Source: a virus (taxonomy: Duplodnaviria; Caudoviricetes). Taken from it: 47,586 nucleotides of DNA. The stretch covers positions 1-47,586 of IMG/VR virus record IMGVR_UViG_3300038318_000173; one strand, given 5' to 3'. The position numbers were made by a program, and so were the translations under genes. A model generated the notes under the pieces. That model saw nothing but the letters and a program-made list of their open reading frames with translations. It had not been told where the DNA came from and searched no databases. Positions 10,067-20,700 of the stretch are shown in pieces (position 1 is the first letter of the stretch; every line of letters starts with the position of its first letter).

Positions 10067-10222
10067 TTAATTTTTATTTTGTATGTCGCAAAGTTCAATT
10101 ATCAATCCTATTGCGCATATCGCCAAAGCGAACAATTCAATTCTTATATCTGTAGAATAAAATGCAATGGGTATAGTTAAAAATTGAATTGTTAGTAACA
10201 TTATTGATTGGAATGTATTCAT
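10067..10222 (-). CDS. Small two-TM membrane protein (51 aa, not in ORF track), paralog of 9793..9975
   Basis: MNTFQSIMLLTIQFLTIPIAFYS...; GGGAGG RBS. Confidence 0.7.
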   Translation of the reverse strand: MNTFQSIMLLTIQFLTIPIAFYSTDIRIELFALAICAIGLIIELCDIQNKN

Positions 10223-10232
10223 TTTGCCTCCC

Positions 10233-10829
10233 TTATAATATAAGCTCTTTGAAATATGGCAAATCTTCCAATTGCTTACAAAATAGTCTCCATTCAGGTA
10301 ATCTATGATTCTTGCGCTGAAAGTAAATTGTCTTTAACTGTTGATAATTAGTAGTTATTCCAGCAGTTAATTTTAATCCCACCGGTACTGAATAAAGTAG
10401 CTCTAGATACTTATCTTTTTTTAAATCTTCGCCTGCTTTACCTACAGTATCGGTGGAGTATTCATTATATGCATCTATTAGCTCTTTGAGCCTTTGCTTT
10501 ATCTCTACATCAGTGTACTCTGAAAATGAAGCATCCTTTAATTCAAATTTAGAAATACGATGCATGGTGCTTTGCGAACTTACTATATCAAAAAAGTGAT
10601 AACGCTCTGCTTCAGTCCATGCTTTAATAGTAAAAGTTAAATCAAATTGAACGACAATACCTTTAAGAAAGTTATCATGTCCGCTACCACTTTTAGCATG
10701 AGCTAATTTTTTGATATTCTGTGTAAGGGTATCTGTGCAATCATTTACATCTATACTCATAGGATATTTAGAGGTCTTAAATGCTTTATCTATTCCATAA
10801 ACTTCAATGTTTGAGATAGGTTTGTCCAT
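10233..10829 (-). CDS. ThyX-like (flavin-dependent thymidylate synthase-related) protein
   Basis: SGHDNFLKG..VQFD...AERYHF...SSQSTMHRI; NYQQLK.IY.QR..H.LPEW; canonical RHR appears as RYH. Confidence 0.55.
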   Translation of the reverse strand: MDKPISNIEVYGIDKAFKTSKYPMSIDVNDCTDTLTQNIKKLAHAKSGSGHDNFLKGIVVQFDLTFTIKAWTEAERYHFFDIVSSQSTMHRISKFELKDASFSEYTDVEIKQRLKELIDAYNEYSTDTVGKAGEDLKKDKYLELLYSVPVGLKLTAGITTNYQQLKTIYFQRKNHRLPEWRLFCKQLEDLPYFKELIL

Positions 10830-11020
10830 TCAAATGTACCTCCTTTTGATATAAAGTCAAATATAGTTATGCCAGTAATATCATTAGGCTTATCTTTTTC
10901 ACAGAAAATAACGGCTGAATACTTACTATTTAAACCCTTGATAGGTTTACCTACAGCTTTTGAGGAGTCATCAAATCTAACATATAATATATCATTTTTT
11001 GAGTCATAATCTATTAACAT
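10790..11020 (-). CDS. DUF2283-like small protein
   Basis: IDYD...DILYVRF...ITGITIFDF pattern. Confidence 0.6.
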   Translation of the reverse strand: MLIDYDSKNDILYVRFDDSSKAVGKPIKGLNSKYSAVIFCEKDKPNDITGITIFDFISKGGTFEWTNLSQTLKFME

Positions 11021-11490
11021 ATTACCTCCGCATATTGATTATCAGAAGCGAGCTTTACTCCTAATATTTCATCATAATGTAATTTTTGATTAGGAATATA
11101 TCTGCCCCATTTAATTATAATATTTTCAAATTTAAAAGCTTTCAAATATTCCAAATTTACTTCATCTTTATTATATCCTGTATATATTATAATAGGGTCG
11201 TTTGTTTGAACTCTCAATGAGCTTATAAGGTCTATCATATCACAAGCATCAGAGTCAAATGGTTCTAGTCCTTGGAACACTATTGCTTTAGTTATATCAT
11301 TATTACAATAGAGGCGAGTAATTACATCTACTGGGATGTTTATTGTAGGTTCTTTACTTAACATATAGTTTTGGCATATCTGATTTCCGTTTTCTTTATC
11401 ACATTTAAAATCACAATATGGAAATTCTATTACCATACATGGCTCTTTATAATTTACAAAATCTTCATCTATTATCCCTAGTATTTTCAT
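11014..11490 (-). CDS. nrdG: Anaerobic RNR activating enzyme (radical SAM)
   Basis: YCDFKC...CQN, GLEPF, IYTGY, LASDNQ; adjacent to nrdD. Confidence 0.85.
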   Translation of the reverse strand: MKILGIIDEDFVNYKEPCMVIEFPYCDFKCDKENGNQICQNYMLSKEPTINIPVDVITRLYCNNDITKAIVFQGLEPFDSDACDMIDLISSLRVQTNDPIIIYTGYNKDEVNLEYLKAFKFENIIIKWGRYIPNQKLHYDEILGVKLASDNQYAEVIC

Positions 11491-12506
11491 TTATTTTCAC
11501 CAAAAGTGTTTAAATTATGCCATTCTCTTTTATTATTTTCAGCTTTTCTTTCTTTGCTCCAAGTTTTAATGGGCGTATAAAATCCAACAATCCTTTCATA
11601 CTCAGTATCTACAGGGTCGCCACACACTGGGCATACCTTCCCAAAGAAAGCATGATTATGCTTACATGCTTGAATTTTAGTTGTAAAGGCAAAATATGTA
11701 ACACCTTTATCTGCTACATAGTTAAGCATATCCCAAGCCTTCTTCTCATTATCAAAAGGGGCTTCTATGTTAATGTGTTGGATAGAACCACCATTACAAA
11801 AACTATCAAATAATGCCGCAACACGAGTTCTTTCTTGGATAGTTGCTTTTATGCCCAACGGTAAAAATTGGTTGCCGTACAAAGGTAAATCCTTTACTGT
11901 TTTTCTTGGGTAGAGCATTGTATCTGCTTTCTGCAATTTAGAACAAGCAGTTTCGCCTGGGATCTGTTCTAAATTTATTTTATAATCTTTATCCTCTGCA
12001 AATTTATCTTTGGTTTCATGTATTACTTTAAATAGTTTTTCTCCAAAAGCCTCTGCCTCAGGTTTATAAAAAGTATTTCCTAATTCATCTACTTCTGTAT
12101 AACCAAATCTCTTCATAGTTTCATAAACACCTGTAAATCCTACTGTACTATACAAATGCTCAAAATCAACTAATCCATAATTAAAATTAGGCATTAATCC
12201 TTTTTCTACATTTCTTTCTAGTATATGTCTAACTGCATCTAGAGCTATACAATCTAGTTCTACAGTTTCTTTTAATTGCTCAAGATATTTTTCTTCTGTT
12301 TTATTCTCATAGGCTATTCTAGCAAGATTTACTGTAGATACTTTAACACTACCTACTTTCAGTCCACTTCCTCCTATTGATGAAAAATAACCTAATCCAC
12401 CATAATTATTTTCTTCTTTTATTTTATTTTGTACTTTATTTTTAAATTCATTTTTTAAAATATCTTTTTTATTTACTTCAATTTTAAATTCTTCAAAGGA
12501 TAACAT
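11487..12506 (-). CDS. nrdD: Class III ribonucleotide reductase, C-terminal half
   Basis: VSTVNLARIA, EQIPGE, GGSI.H, CKHNH...CPVC Zn site, RIVGFY glycyl-radical loop; own AGGAGG RBS. Confidence 0.9.
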   Translation of the reverse strand: MLSFEEFKIEVNKKDILKNEFKNKVQNKIKEENNYGGLGYFSSIGGSGLKVGSVKVSTVNLARIAYENKTEEKYLEQLKETVELDCIALDAVRHILERNVEKGLMPNFNYGLVDFEHLYSTVGFTGVYETMKRFGYTEVDELGNTFYKPEAEAFGEKLFKVIHETKDKFAEDKDYKINLEQIPGETACSKLQKADTMLYPRKTVKDLPLYGNQFLPLGIKATIQERTRVAALFDSFCNGGSIQHINIEAPFDNEKKAWDMLNYVADKGVTYFAFTTKIQACKHNHAFFGKVCPVCGDPVDTEYERIVGFYTPIKTWSKERKAENNKREWHNLNTFGENK

Positions 12507-12514
12507 TATACCTC

Positions 12515-13471
12515 CTAATATATAAACTTTATGTTTAAATTATTTTCTTTAGCTATTTTTCTTTTTCTTACATCTAAATCTGTCCAAGTATAGATAGCAT
12601 TTGCATAATAATCATTTCCATTTGACTTAGACTTCCACATACTTAAAAGTTCTAAATCTTTTTTATTATTTTCATCAAATTGTTTGAAACCATGTGTCCA
12701 ACTATAATTACATTCTATAAATAAATCTTCTGATATTATATAAAAATCACAATTGAATGGGTATTCTTCTGACCTATATTGTCTTATAATGTCGTCTTTT
12801 TCATATTGAGTTAAAAGATATTGATAATAGTCCTCTTCTGGTTTTGAGATATTAAAGGAATTATTCTTCTTCATTGTTTCATATCTTTTAATCTTGGTTG
12901 ATTTTCTATATAGATTCTCTCTACATTTTTGGGTAGTCACAAAATATGGTGAACCATATTTTTTAAGCATTGTGGAAGATGCTTTTTTATGATTACTATA
13001 ATACATATCTCCGTATTTATCTAGTTTGGTTTGTTTGCCTTTTGAAAGAGTATGTGTATAAAAATTTTCTTTCCCATTATATTTTTTAAAACAGGTATCT
13101 TTCCCATTCAGCTTAGAATCTTCACTGCTCCAGTTATGTTTTACCCCATATCTATCCAGCATTGTATGCTCATACTTTTCTTTTAATTCTTTTGATGCAA
13201 AACCTATTCCACCATATTTATCTAAACAAGTTTGTCTAGCTTTTTCTTTATTATTAAAGTTTTCATCACCATATTTTTTGAGCCTTGTTTCTCTATTTTT
13301 AGCTAGATTATTATCATGACTTAAATTCTTCCACAAATCGAATTTTGTAGATACTAAAGTAACTGTATAGCGAGAGCAACCTATTTCATCAATAATTTCC
13401 GATATTCTAGCGTTAGGATGTGTATTTATATAAGAAATAATAGAGTCTTTATATTTTTCCCACTTTTTCAC
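12515..13471 (-). mobile_element. Free-standing homing endonuclease gene (KYG repeats plus Vsr-like nuclease domain) inserted in nrdD
   Basis: Repeated K(K/R)YG units; C-terminal KPEE...YPFNCDFYI...FIECN..WTHG...D..K; sits between nrdD halves. Confidence 0.8.
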
Positions 13472-14586
13472 TTTGATTGTTCCTCACAATATTTTGAATA
13501 CATTTCTTTATATACTTCATCTTCAATTTCTTTTTCATGCTTAATATTATCAAAATATCCTAAATCATTAATATTAGACTTAAGCCTACAACAGTTGCTA
13601 AGACTATTAACATTATCATCTACAAAAAAGTTAGAATCTGCCCATTTTCTATTATGCTCACTAGCCCATCTAGCAAAATCTTCGTCTACAAACTTACCAT
13701 CTTTTCTAAGTAATGACATTGTCAATACAGGAAATGTAAACATATTATGGCTTCTAATTTCTGACACTTCATCCATAAATATTTTTTGAAATTCCTTTAT
13801 TCCCTCTATGGAATCAATCATAAATGTACCATCAGGAAATTCAGCTCCACCAAACAATGCTTCAAGATATGGTGTATCAAATATAGAAACATTCGTGAAA
13901 GCAGATTGGAGTCCATCTCTTACATAAGGTTGATTAATAGCATAAATAAATCTCTGTATTTGTTGTTTAGCATAATACTCAGGAGATTTAGTTGCATAAC
14001 CACTCTCACAATCTTTCTTCCAAAAATAATACATATATGGAATAATATTAGGTAGACCTACTGCACCTGAACTCCTATTTGACGCAAAGGATATATACTC
14101 TTTTACAAAATCTACAAATGTAGAAAGATGTTTAGGTGGTTCAGGATTAAATGTACTTAAAAAGAAAAGACCTTTTTCTGCTAAATCTTTTAAATCATAA
14201 GCAAAACAATAATGAAGGAATGTAGAAGTGTCAGCATCGTGCATATACAATGCTTTATTCCACTCATTTTCCAACCATATATTTGCAGTTTGAAAATCAT
14301 ATCTTTTATTTATTTCACAATATATTTTATTAAAAGACAGTAGTTTTCTATGCGGCTTAGGCATTTCGTTCATGAGTGTTCTTATATCTTTACTCCCGAC
14401 ATTTGCATTACCATCTATACTAGCATCAGCTACCGTATCGGTATCTACAAAATTATCTATAAAATCAGTATAGCTTAATTGGTCATCGTCAAATCCATTG
14501 AGATGAGCAAATTCTGTACCGTATTTTTCTTGCAATCTGTTATACTGAGTTGTGAAATTTTTATTTAATCGTACTGATATGTCCAT
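13468..14586 (-). CDS. nrdD: Class III ribonucleotide reductase, N-terminal half
   Basis: YMHD, HYCFAYD, SGAVGLP, QSAFTNVS, FTFPVLT, finger-loop SNCCRL. Confidence 0.9.
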   Translation of the reverse strand: MDISVRLNKNFTTQYNRLQEKYGTEFAHLNGFDDDQLSYTDFIDNFVDTDTVADASIDGNANVGSKDIRTLMNEMPKPHRKLLSFNKIYCEINKRYDFQTANIWLENEWNKALYMHDADTSTFLHYCFAYDLKDLAEKGLFFLSTFNPEPPKHLSTFVDFVKEYISFASNRSSGAVGLPNIIPYMYYFWKKDCESGYATKSPEYYAKQQIQRFIYAINQPYVRDGLQSAFTNVSIFDTPYLEALFGGAEFPDGTFMIDSIEGIKEFQKIFMDEVSEIRSHNMFTFPVLTMSLLRKDGKFVDEDFARWASEHNRKWADSNFFVDDNVNSLSNCCRLKSNINDLGYFDNIKHEKEIEDEVYKEMYSKYCEEQSK

Positions 14587-14595
14587 ATACCCCTC

Positions 14596-14802
14596 CTATT
14601 GTTTATTAATCCACTTAATCGCTTTACCGAAATCTAAATAATCATTATCAATTTTAAGCACAGGTGCAGTTGTAAACCCCATGTCAATTAGCTCTGTTAC
14701 ATCTGTTTCTAACTTAAAATTGAGTTTTTTATCATCCATTTTTTTTTCCAATATTTTACATTTCGGGCAATTTGTTGTAAATAATATTAATTTACTCCCC
14801 AT
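14596..14802 (-). CDS. Glutaredoxin-like (NrdH-like) redoxin
   Basis: CPKC motif, TAPVL; upstream of nrdD. Confidence 0.8.
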   Translation of the reverse strand: MGSKLILFTTNCPKCKILEKKMDDKKLNFKLETDVTELIDMGFTTAPVLKIDNDYLDFGKAIKWINKQ

Positions 14803-14806
14803 TTTT

Positions 14807-15316
14807 TCATCTCCTTTCCTCTATTTTCTTAATTAATGTATGTCTAAAATGATTGACAGTTTGCTTGCTTATGCCAAGTTTTTTAGCTACTTCGGTATCG
14901 GTATATCCGTCTACCCACATTTTAATTATCTTTCTCCTCTGCGGACGCAATGATGATATTATTTGTGATAGTTGTTCATCTTCTATAATATCATCATATA
15001 GTGGTTCGTCATATCTCATTACGGTCTCATATAGCGTAGTATTCTCGGATTCGGACAACTCATCAATGTTCAATGCTTCAATCGAATTTTGCCGACTCTG
15101 ACGCTTATAAACCCTAGTCATATAGTTATTTAAAATATAATATGCAAACGTGGAAAATGTACCCCTCCCAACATTGTAATATCTGTCAGTTTGTTTACAA
15201 AGGTACATTGACAGCTCTTGAAACAAATCTAAATCATATATCCCCTTATCTTTCATAAAGCCATAAACAAGTCCCAAATTTTCTGTTATCAACTCTTTTG
15301 TTTCTTCTCTTATCAT
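14807..15316 (-). CDS. Sigma-70 family RNA polymerase sigma factor
   Basis: NLGLV, DLFQE, GTFSTFAY (region 2); GYTDTEVAKKLGISKQTV (region 4). Confidence 0.85.
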   Translation of the reverse strand: MIREETKELITENLGLVYGFMKDKGIYDLDLFQELSMYLCKQTDRYYNVGRGTFSTFAYYILNNYMTRVYKRQSRQNSIEALNIDELSESENTTLYETVMRYDEPLYDDIIEDEQLSQIISSLRPQRRKIIKMWVDGYTDTEVAKKLGISKQTVNHFRHTLIKKIEERR

Positions 15317-17629
15317 TTATGCCTCCAAAAGTTTTTCTTTAAGATATGTGTTTCGCTCTTGCGTTTCTGATATTTTTAACGCTTCGTTTATAGTGGAAAC
15401 ATCGCCAATTTCTATAAGCCTTTCTTTCGCTCTTGTTAAACTCATATAGCATAAGTTTTTACTTAAAAGTTTCTTATGTTGTGGGTGTGTTAAAAATATT
15501 ACAGCTTTAGACTCACAACCCTGAGATGAATGACTTGTGCAAGCATAGGCTAATAATAGATTCTTTAATGATGCCTTATCATATACAATCAAATCTTCAT
15601 CAAACTGTATATAAACATTTCCATCAATATCTATATTTTTAATAAAACCCATATCACCATTATATATTGTCGCATTAGCTGGGGCACGATTTAGTTTTTC
15701 GTTAAGCTCATCATACTTAGCATAATATGGTTCGCTGTTTTCTCCGTCTATTCCTTTGATATTTTCAAGCTCTTTCTCTATTCTCTTTATCTCTTTCTGA
15801 AAATCAATCGACTCAACGCTTAATGCTTCATAGTTGTTCTTTTTATTTATAACTTTATCGCCTATCCTAAATGTTACAATACCATTTGGGGCATCTTTTA
15901 GTTTTCGTGTCGCCGTATTCTCGTTGGGCTTTGCGGGGTTATACTCTGATTGAATCTTTTTATTTATTGCATAAGTTCCAAATGCCCCTACATTAAATGG
16001 CGTTAGAATTAATATATCTTCCATATTGTATTCGGATAATAGTTGCTTGTATGTGGAAAATACTTGTTCTTTGGGATTTGCACCTATCGGAATAAATGTA
16101 TAGTCCTTAATATTCTCAGCACCGTCACATTTCAAATTTCCATTATCATCTAAATAGGATTTACCGTTTCTTGCATCTGTTCCTACAGTGGAAATTCCAC
16201 CAATTCCATATCTAAATACCTTAGTGAGTCTTGCTGTTGGCACAATATTAGAGTCAAGTAAGTCTTGTACTAGATTTCCACATTGAATACTTGCCAACTG
16301 TGCATTGTCAAATACGCATACTATCTTCGTGTTTGGTTCGGTTTGTTTTAACAATGTAGCAAATAAGTTTACATCGCACATAGATATTTCATCTATTAAT
16401 ACAATATCCGAACAAATATTGCCTCCTGATAATATTCTCTTGTGAATTGTACTTGCTCTTCTACCTGTGGTTTCACGCAATCTTTTACTTGCAATTCCGC
16501 TTGGAGCGAGGAGCGTGTAGGATAATCCATTGTCATCAAGCATTTCTACAATAGATTTTACGCTACTACTTTTACCGCTTCCGCTATTTCCAACCAACAT
16601 ACAGAAATCATAATTACATATCAATTCAAGAATTTTAATTTGCTCATCGGTAAGTGTGATATATTCATTTTCCCTATATTTCGACCAATCAATATTCCAC
16701 ACATTTGGATTGTTTAACTTATTCTTTATGGTGGTAGCAATATAGCACTCATTTTCGTAAGTTGTTCTTAATGATAAGTCTTTAGTATTTTCATTGTAGT
16801 GAATTTGTCCGCTATTGATACTTGTTTCTTTTACCAATGGTAGTAATTTTCTGTCCCAATCTATTACATATTGTGCTAAGAGGTTACCGTTAATTCTTGT
16901 GTTACCATCATTCTCGTTTAACTCTAGCAAATAACATAATAGAAATTCGCACCTCTGAGAGCTTACTTTGAGCTTGGGGTATATCTCTATCAAAAGGTTG
17001 TCAACTTGCGGGAATGGTCTGTGGAGCACACAAATAAGTGCTAAATATGGGTGTTGTATGAGTGCCTCTTGTATAGCCTCAAGACTTGAATATGCTCTAC
17101 ATAGCATCACACATTCGCTATAAGACAACGACAAATTAAGGTTATCTTGCATTATCTTATAATACTTAAATAAACTTGTAACCTTTTTAATATACGAAGC
17201 AAGTCGAACCTCTGCAACATTAGGAATTTTTTTGTAATCTATATTATTATCTTCGCCATTAAGAATCATCTGAATAAAATGCGGATAAGCATGATTAACA
17301 CTGTCGGCTTGTGAGTTAGTCATTATATGTTTTAGCAATTCTAATTCTTTAATTGGAGTTAAATCATCTGTATTGTCTATTTTAAACTCATCAAGGCTTG
17401 GAATACTGACAATACGATATTGCTTACCATACTTGCCATCTTCTTCTTGCAATTCAAGTTTATACTCATTACCAACTTCGAGCATTGACAAATCTCCCAA
17501 TATTGTGAAATTACCATATTTAGATAATACTACATCATAATCATTGGTAGTAGGAATGCAACTATATATCTGAAAGTCACCTTTTGAGTACACATTTTTA
17601 ATTATTTTACAGTCACAAATTTTTGTCAT
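15317..17629 (-). CDS. RecD2-like SF1 helicase
   Basis: GNSGSGKS Walker A, LAPSGIAS, IDEISM, QLASI, AYACTSHSSQGCE, Y..LTRAK. Confidence 0.9.
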   Translation of the reverse strand: MTKICDCKIIKNVYSKGDFQIYSCIPTTNDYDVVLSKYGNFTILGDLSMLEVGNEYKLELQEEDGKYGKQYRIVSIPSLDEFKIDNTDDLTPIKELELLKHIMTNSQADSVNHAYPHFIQMILNGEDNNIDYKKIPNVAEVRLASYIKKVTSLFKYYKIMQDNLNLSLSYSECVMLCRAYSSLEAIQEALIQHPYLALICVLHRPFPQVDNLLIEIYPKLKVSSQRCEFLLCYLLELNENDGNTRINGNLLAQYVIDWDRKLLPLVKETSINSGQIHYNENTKDLSLRTTYENECYIATTIKNKLNNPNVWNIDWSKYRENEYITLTDEQIKILELICNYDFCMLVGNSGSGKSSSVKSIVEMLDDNGLSYTLLAPSGIASKRLRETTGRRASTIHKRILSGGNICSDIVLIDEISMCDVNLFATLLKQTEPNTKIVCVFDNAQLASIQCGNLVQDLLDSNIVPTARLTKVFRYGIGGISTVGTDARNGKSYLDDNGNLKCDGAENIKDYTFIPIGANPKEQVFSTYKQLLSEYNMEDILILTPFNVGAFGTYAINKKIQSEYNPAKPNENTATRKLKDAPNGIVTFRIGDKVINKKNNYEALSVESIDFQKEIKRIEKELENIKGIDGENSEPYYAKYDELNEKLNRAPANATIYNGDMGFIKNIDIDGNVYIQFDEDLIVYDKASLKNLLLAYACTSHSSQGCESKAVIFLTHPQHKKLLSKNLCYMSLTRAKERLIEIGDVSTINEALKISETQERNTYLKEKLLEA

Positions 17630-17661
17630 TATTTACCCCTTATTTTTTGAGTGCAATATAT

Positions 17662-17690
17662 ATTATAGTAATTATTAGTCAAAATGTCAA
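17662..17690 (-). promoter_or_regulatory. Sigma-A consensus promoter
   Basis: TTGACA-17-TATAAT upstream of recD-like gene. Confidence 0.85.
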
Positions 17691-17712
17691 CTATATTTTT
17701 AAAATAATTTAA

Positions 17713-20700
17713 TTATTTTTCTATCTTGCAATATGTACTCAGTATGCTTTCATATTCTCCTGTCGCCACCCATTTATCATTAATCTTTCTGCGTTTTTCT
17801 TTACTCTTGAATACGCATTTTAACACGTCGCCAACTTTGCAACCATATTGACCGTACCACTTTTTATCACCCTTAACTGTAATTATACCGCCATCGTATA
17901 TTCGATAAAGTTTAAAGAATGGTGTTCCATATTTATTTATATCACAATCTGACACTGCAAAATAATTCATCGGAGTGTTTGGTTCGACCAATGTTGTATA
18001 TCCCATTAAAGCTATTTGGTAAGATATTTTATCGTAAGTAGTAGTTTTAGGAATTTCTGTTTGTGCCAAAATTTTACGACAAAGCTTTAGGTTGTCTAAT
18101 TGTGAGTATTGCTTTGCTGTTTCTTTATTATAACACCCTTCTATATCAAAGTCAATAGGTTTTTTTAATGTCTTTTTAATGCCATATTTATGATAGATTT
18201 CGGTCGCTATAAGGATGGTATTAATATCGCCAAATTCTTCAAAATAATTTATTTTAATGAGTTTATCTAATTGAGATTTGTTGATTTGGATTTCTTTTTG
18301 ATGCGTAAGGAAATCAAACCAATCAACAAATGTCTCATCTTTTTTACTATAGAGATTATCGGCTACTTCTACATTAAGCACTTTTAAAGAACTCACGCCT
18401 TTATAAATTGCATTGTTTTTTTTATCCATCATAAACTCCGCTTTAGATTTACGAAATTTAGGCGAATGAATTGTTATACCTTGTTCAATAATGTAATCCA
18501 TTAATGCTTGGCTTTTAATGTTGTCGGTTTGATAAATATTGCAAGCCACAGTTAAAAATTCCAATGGATAATAATACCTTAGCCACCCACACGCATATCC
18601 TGTCATTGAATATGGTAGAGCGTGGTTCTCTGAGAAAAGATAAGAACTTGCATCTTCTATGACTACAAGGAATTGCGAAATAAGTTTTTCTGCTTCTTTT
18701 GACTCTACGCTATACTCTCTTTGCATTGTAGATATAAAACCACGCTTAATATCTGGAATAAATTTTTCTGTTCCTGTTTTCTTAGCGAAACCTCTTCTAA
18801 CTATATCCGCTTCGCCCATTGTATATCCACAAAATTTATGTAGGAAATTAATCACTTCTTCTTGATAAACAAGATACCCCAATGTGGGGGCTAAGAAATC
18901 GTTTAATGCTTTGTGCCCATTATCATTAAACTCTCCTTTAGCTAATTCATCTCTATAACTTGAGCCAGCAGGTCTAATTGCCCCATTGCCAACCGAAAAT
19001 AAATCAATATAAGAAAAGTTGGGATTCTTTTCCTTTATCTTGGTTATTGTTTCTTTACTAAATAACTGCTTTAAATATGCTTGTGCTGAATCGCTCTCCC
19101 ATTGGAAAATACCGATAGTATTTTCTCTAATGGATTCCCATACCTTTTCATCATTAAACTCCATATTTTGTGGTGTAAGTCTATCTATACCTATCATATC
19201 ACAGGTTTGGTTAATAAGACCAACGGCGTCCAACCCTAACACATCTAACTTAACATAGTTTAAACTATCCACTTCTTTCATATTAAGTTGTGATACTGGA
19301 TGAACATTATTAGATGTAGAGCATAATCCTATATTTGTATTTAATTCTTGCGGTGAAACAATTACTGCCGAAGGATGCGTACCGATAGAAACTACTACAC
19401 CTTGCAATAAATCTACATACTTAAAAATTTCAGGGTATTCTTTTCGGTATTTATTCTCGTTTGTTTCAATATCTTTAGTTATTTCATTCGCTTGTTCTAT
19501 AGGCATTTCAAAAGCTCTTGCCACATCTTTAAATGCACCTTTAAGTGCAATGGTATTGAATGTAATAATCTCTGAGCAATAAAGTCCTTCTTTATTATAG
19601 AGAAAATCTCTAACCTTTTCTCTATCAGTATCATACCAATCAGTATCAATATCACTCAACGATACTCTATCCACAGACATGAACCTATCAAAGTTAAGAT
19701 TCCATTCAATAGGGTCAACCTGAGTTATATTCAGAAGATATGCGACAAGGCTTCCACTAACGCTTCCCCTACTATATCCATATCCGATACCTTTATTTCT
19801 CATTTCCCCTTTATACATATCTTCAAGCAATAAGAAATCTTCGGCTTTATTATGTTTTATTGCTTTGAGTTCATAATCAATTTCATCTTTATACTTTTGA
19901 TAATTACTAAATTTATTTATTCCTTTTTCTTTTATACCTTTTTCTATTTTATTATTTAATACCTCAATAGAATTATTATAAAGTTTAGGATATTTAAACT
20001 CTTTGCTCAAATCAAACGGTTCAATCATATCGGCAATAAGATTAGTATTTTCCAACGCTTGTAGGTATGTTTCTTTAGGCATTGAATTTTGTTCAGCGAA
20101 CATGTGAACTAATTCATCATAAGTTCGGAATATCATGTCAAATTCGCCTTCGTTATCAAAGAACACTTTTTTTGATTTCTGCAAAAGTAATCTGCCATCT
20201 GCATGTTCTTCGTTCAATGCGTGAGTATCAGTTCCTACTACTAAATTAAGGTCATATTTATTGTGCAAACCATAAAGCATCTCATTATATTTCTTTTGTT
20301 CTTTACTTGGGTGCTGTGCAACCTCTAAAAAACAACGGTTTTTATTATTCATATAGAATTTAAAGAAATCATTTTTTAAGTCTTTATTATCGCAATTAAA
20401 AATACCGCCTAAACAAGCTGAAGAAATTATAATATTATCACTTGTATTTTTGAGTTCCTCATAAGTAATTCTTGGGGCAAAATAAAAGTGACCGTCTGTT
20501 CTATTAAAAGATTTAGAACTTAAAGCATTAAGTTCTAAAAATCCGTTATAATTTTTAGCTATTAAAACACAATGGTAATTATCTCTCACTCTTTTATCTA
20601 ATTCAAGAGGAGAGTTGGTTATATAAAATTCTTCAGCGTGAATATATTTTAAACCAGCGTTTTCTATATCTGTTTTTTTATGTAAATATTCAAATACACA

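Noticed and set aside
12507-13560. Group I intron or split intein in nrdD
   Set aside because: Insert is almost fully coding, no recognisable intron core, no intein N- or C-terminal motifs, and the downstream half has its own strong RBS; only RT-PCR can fully exclude splicing
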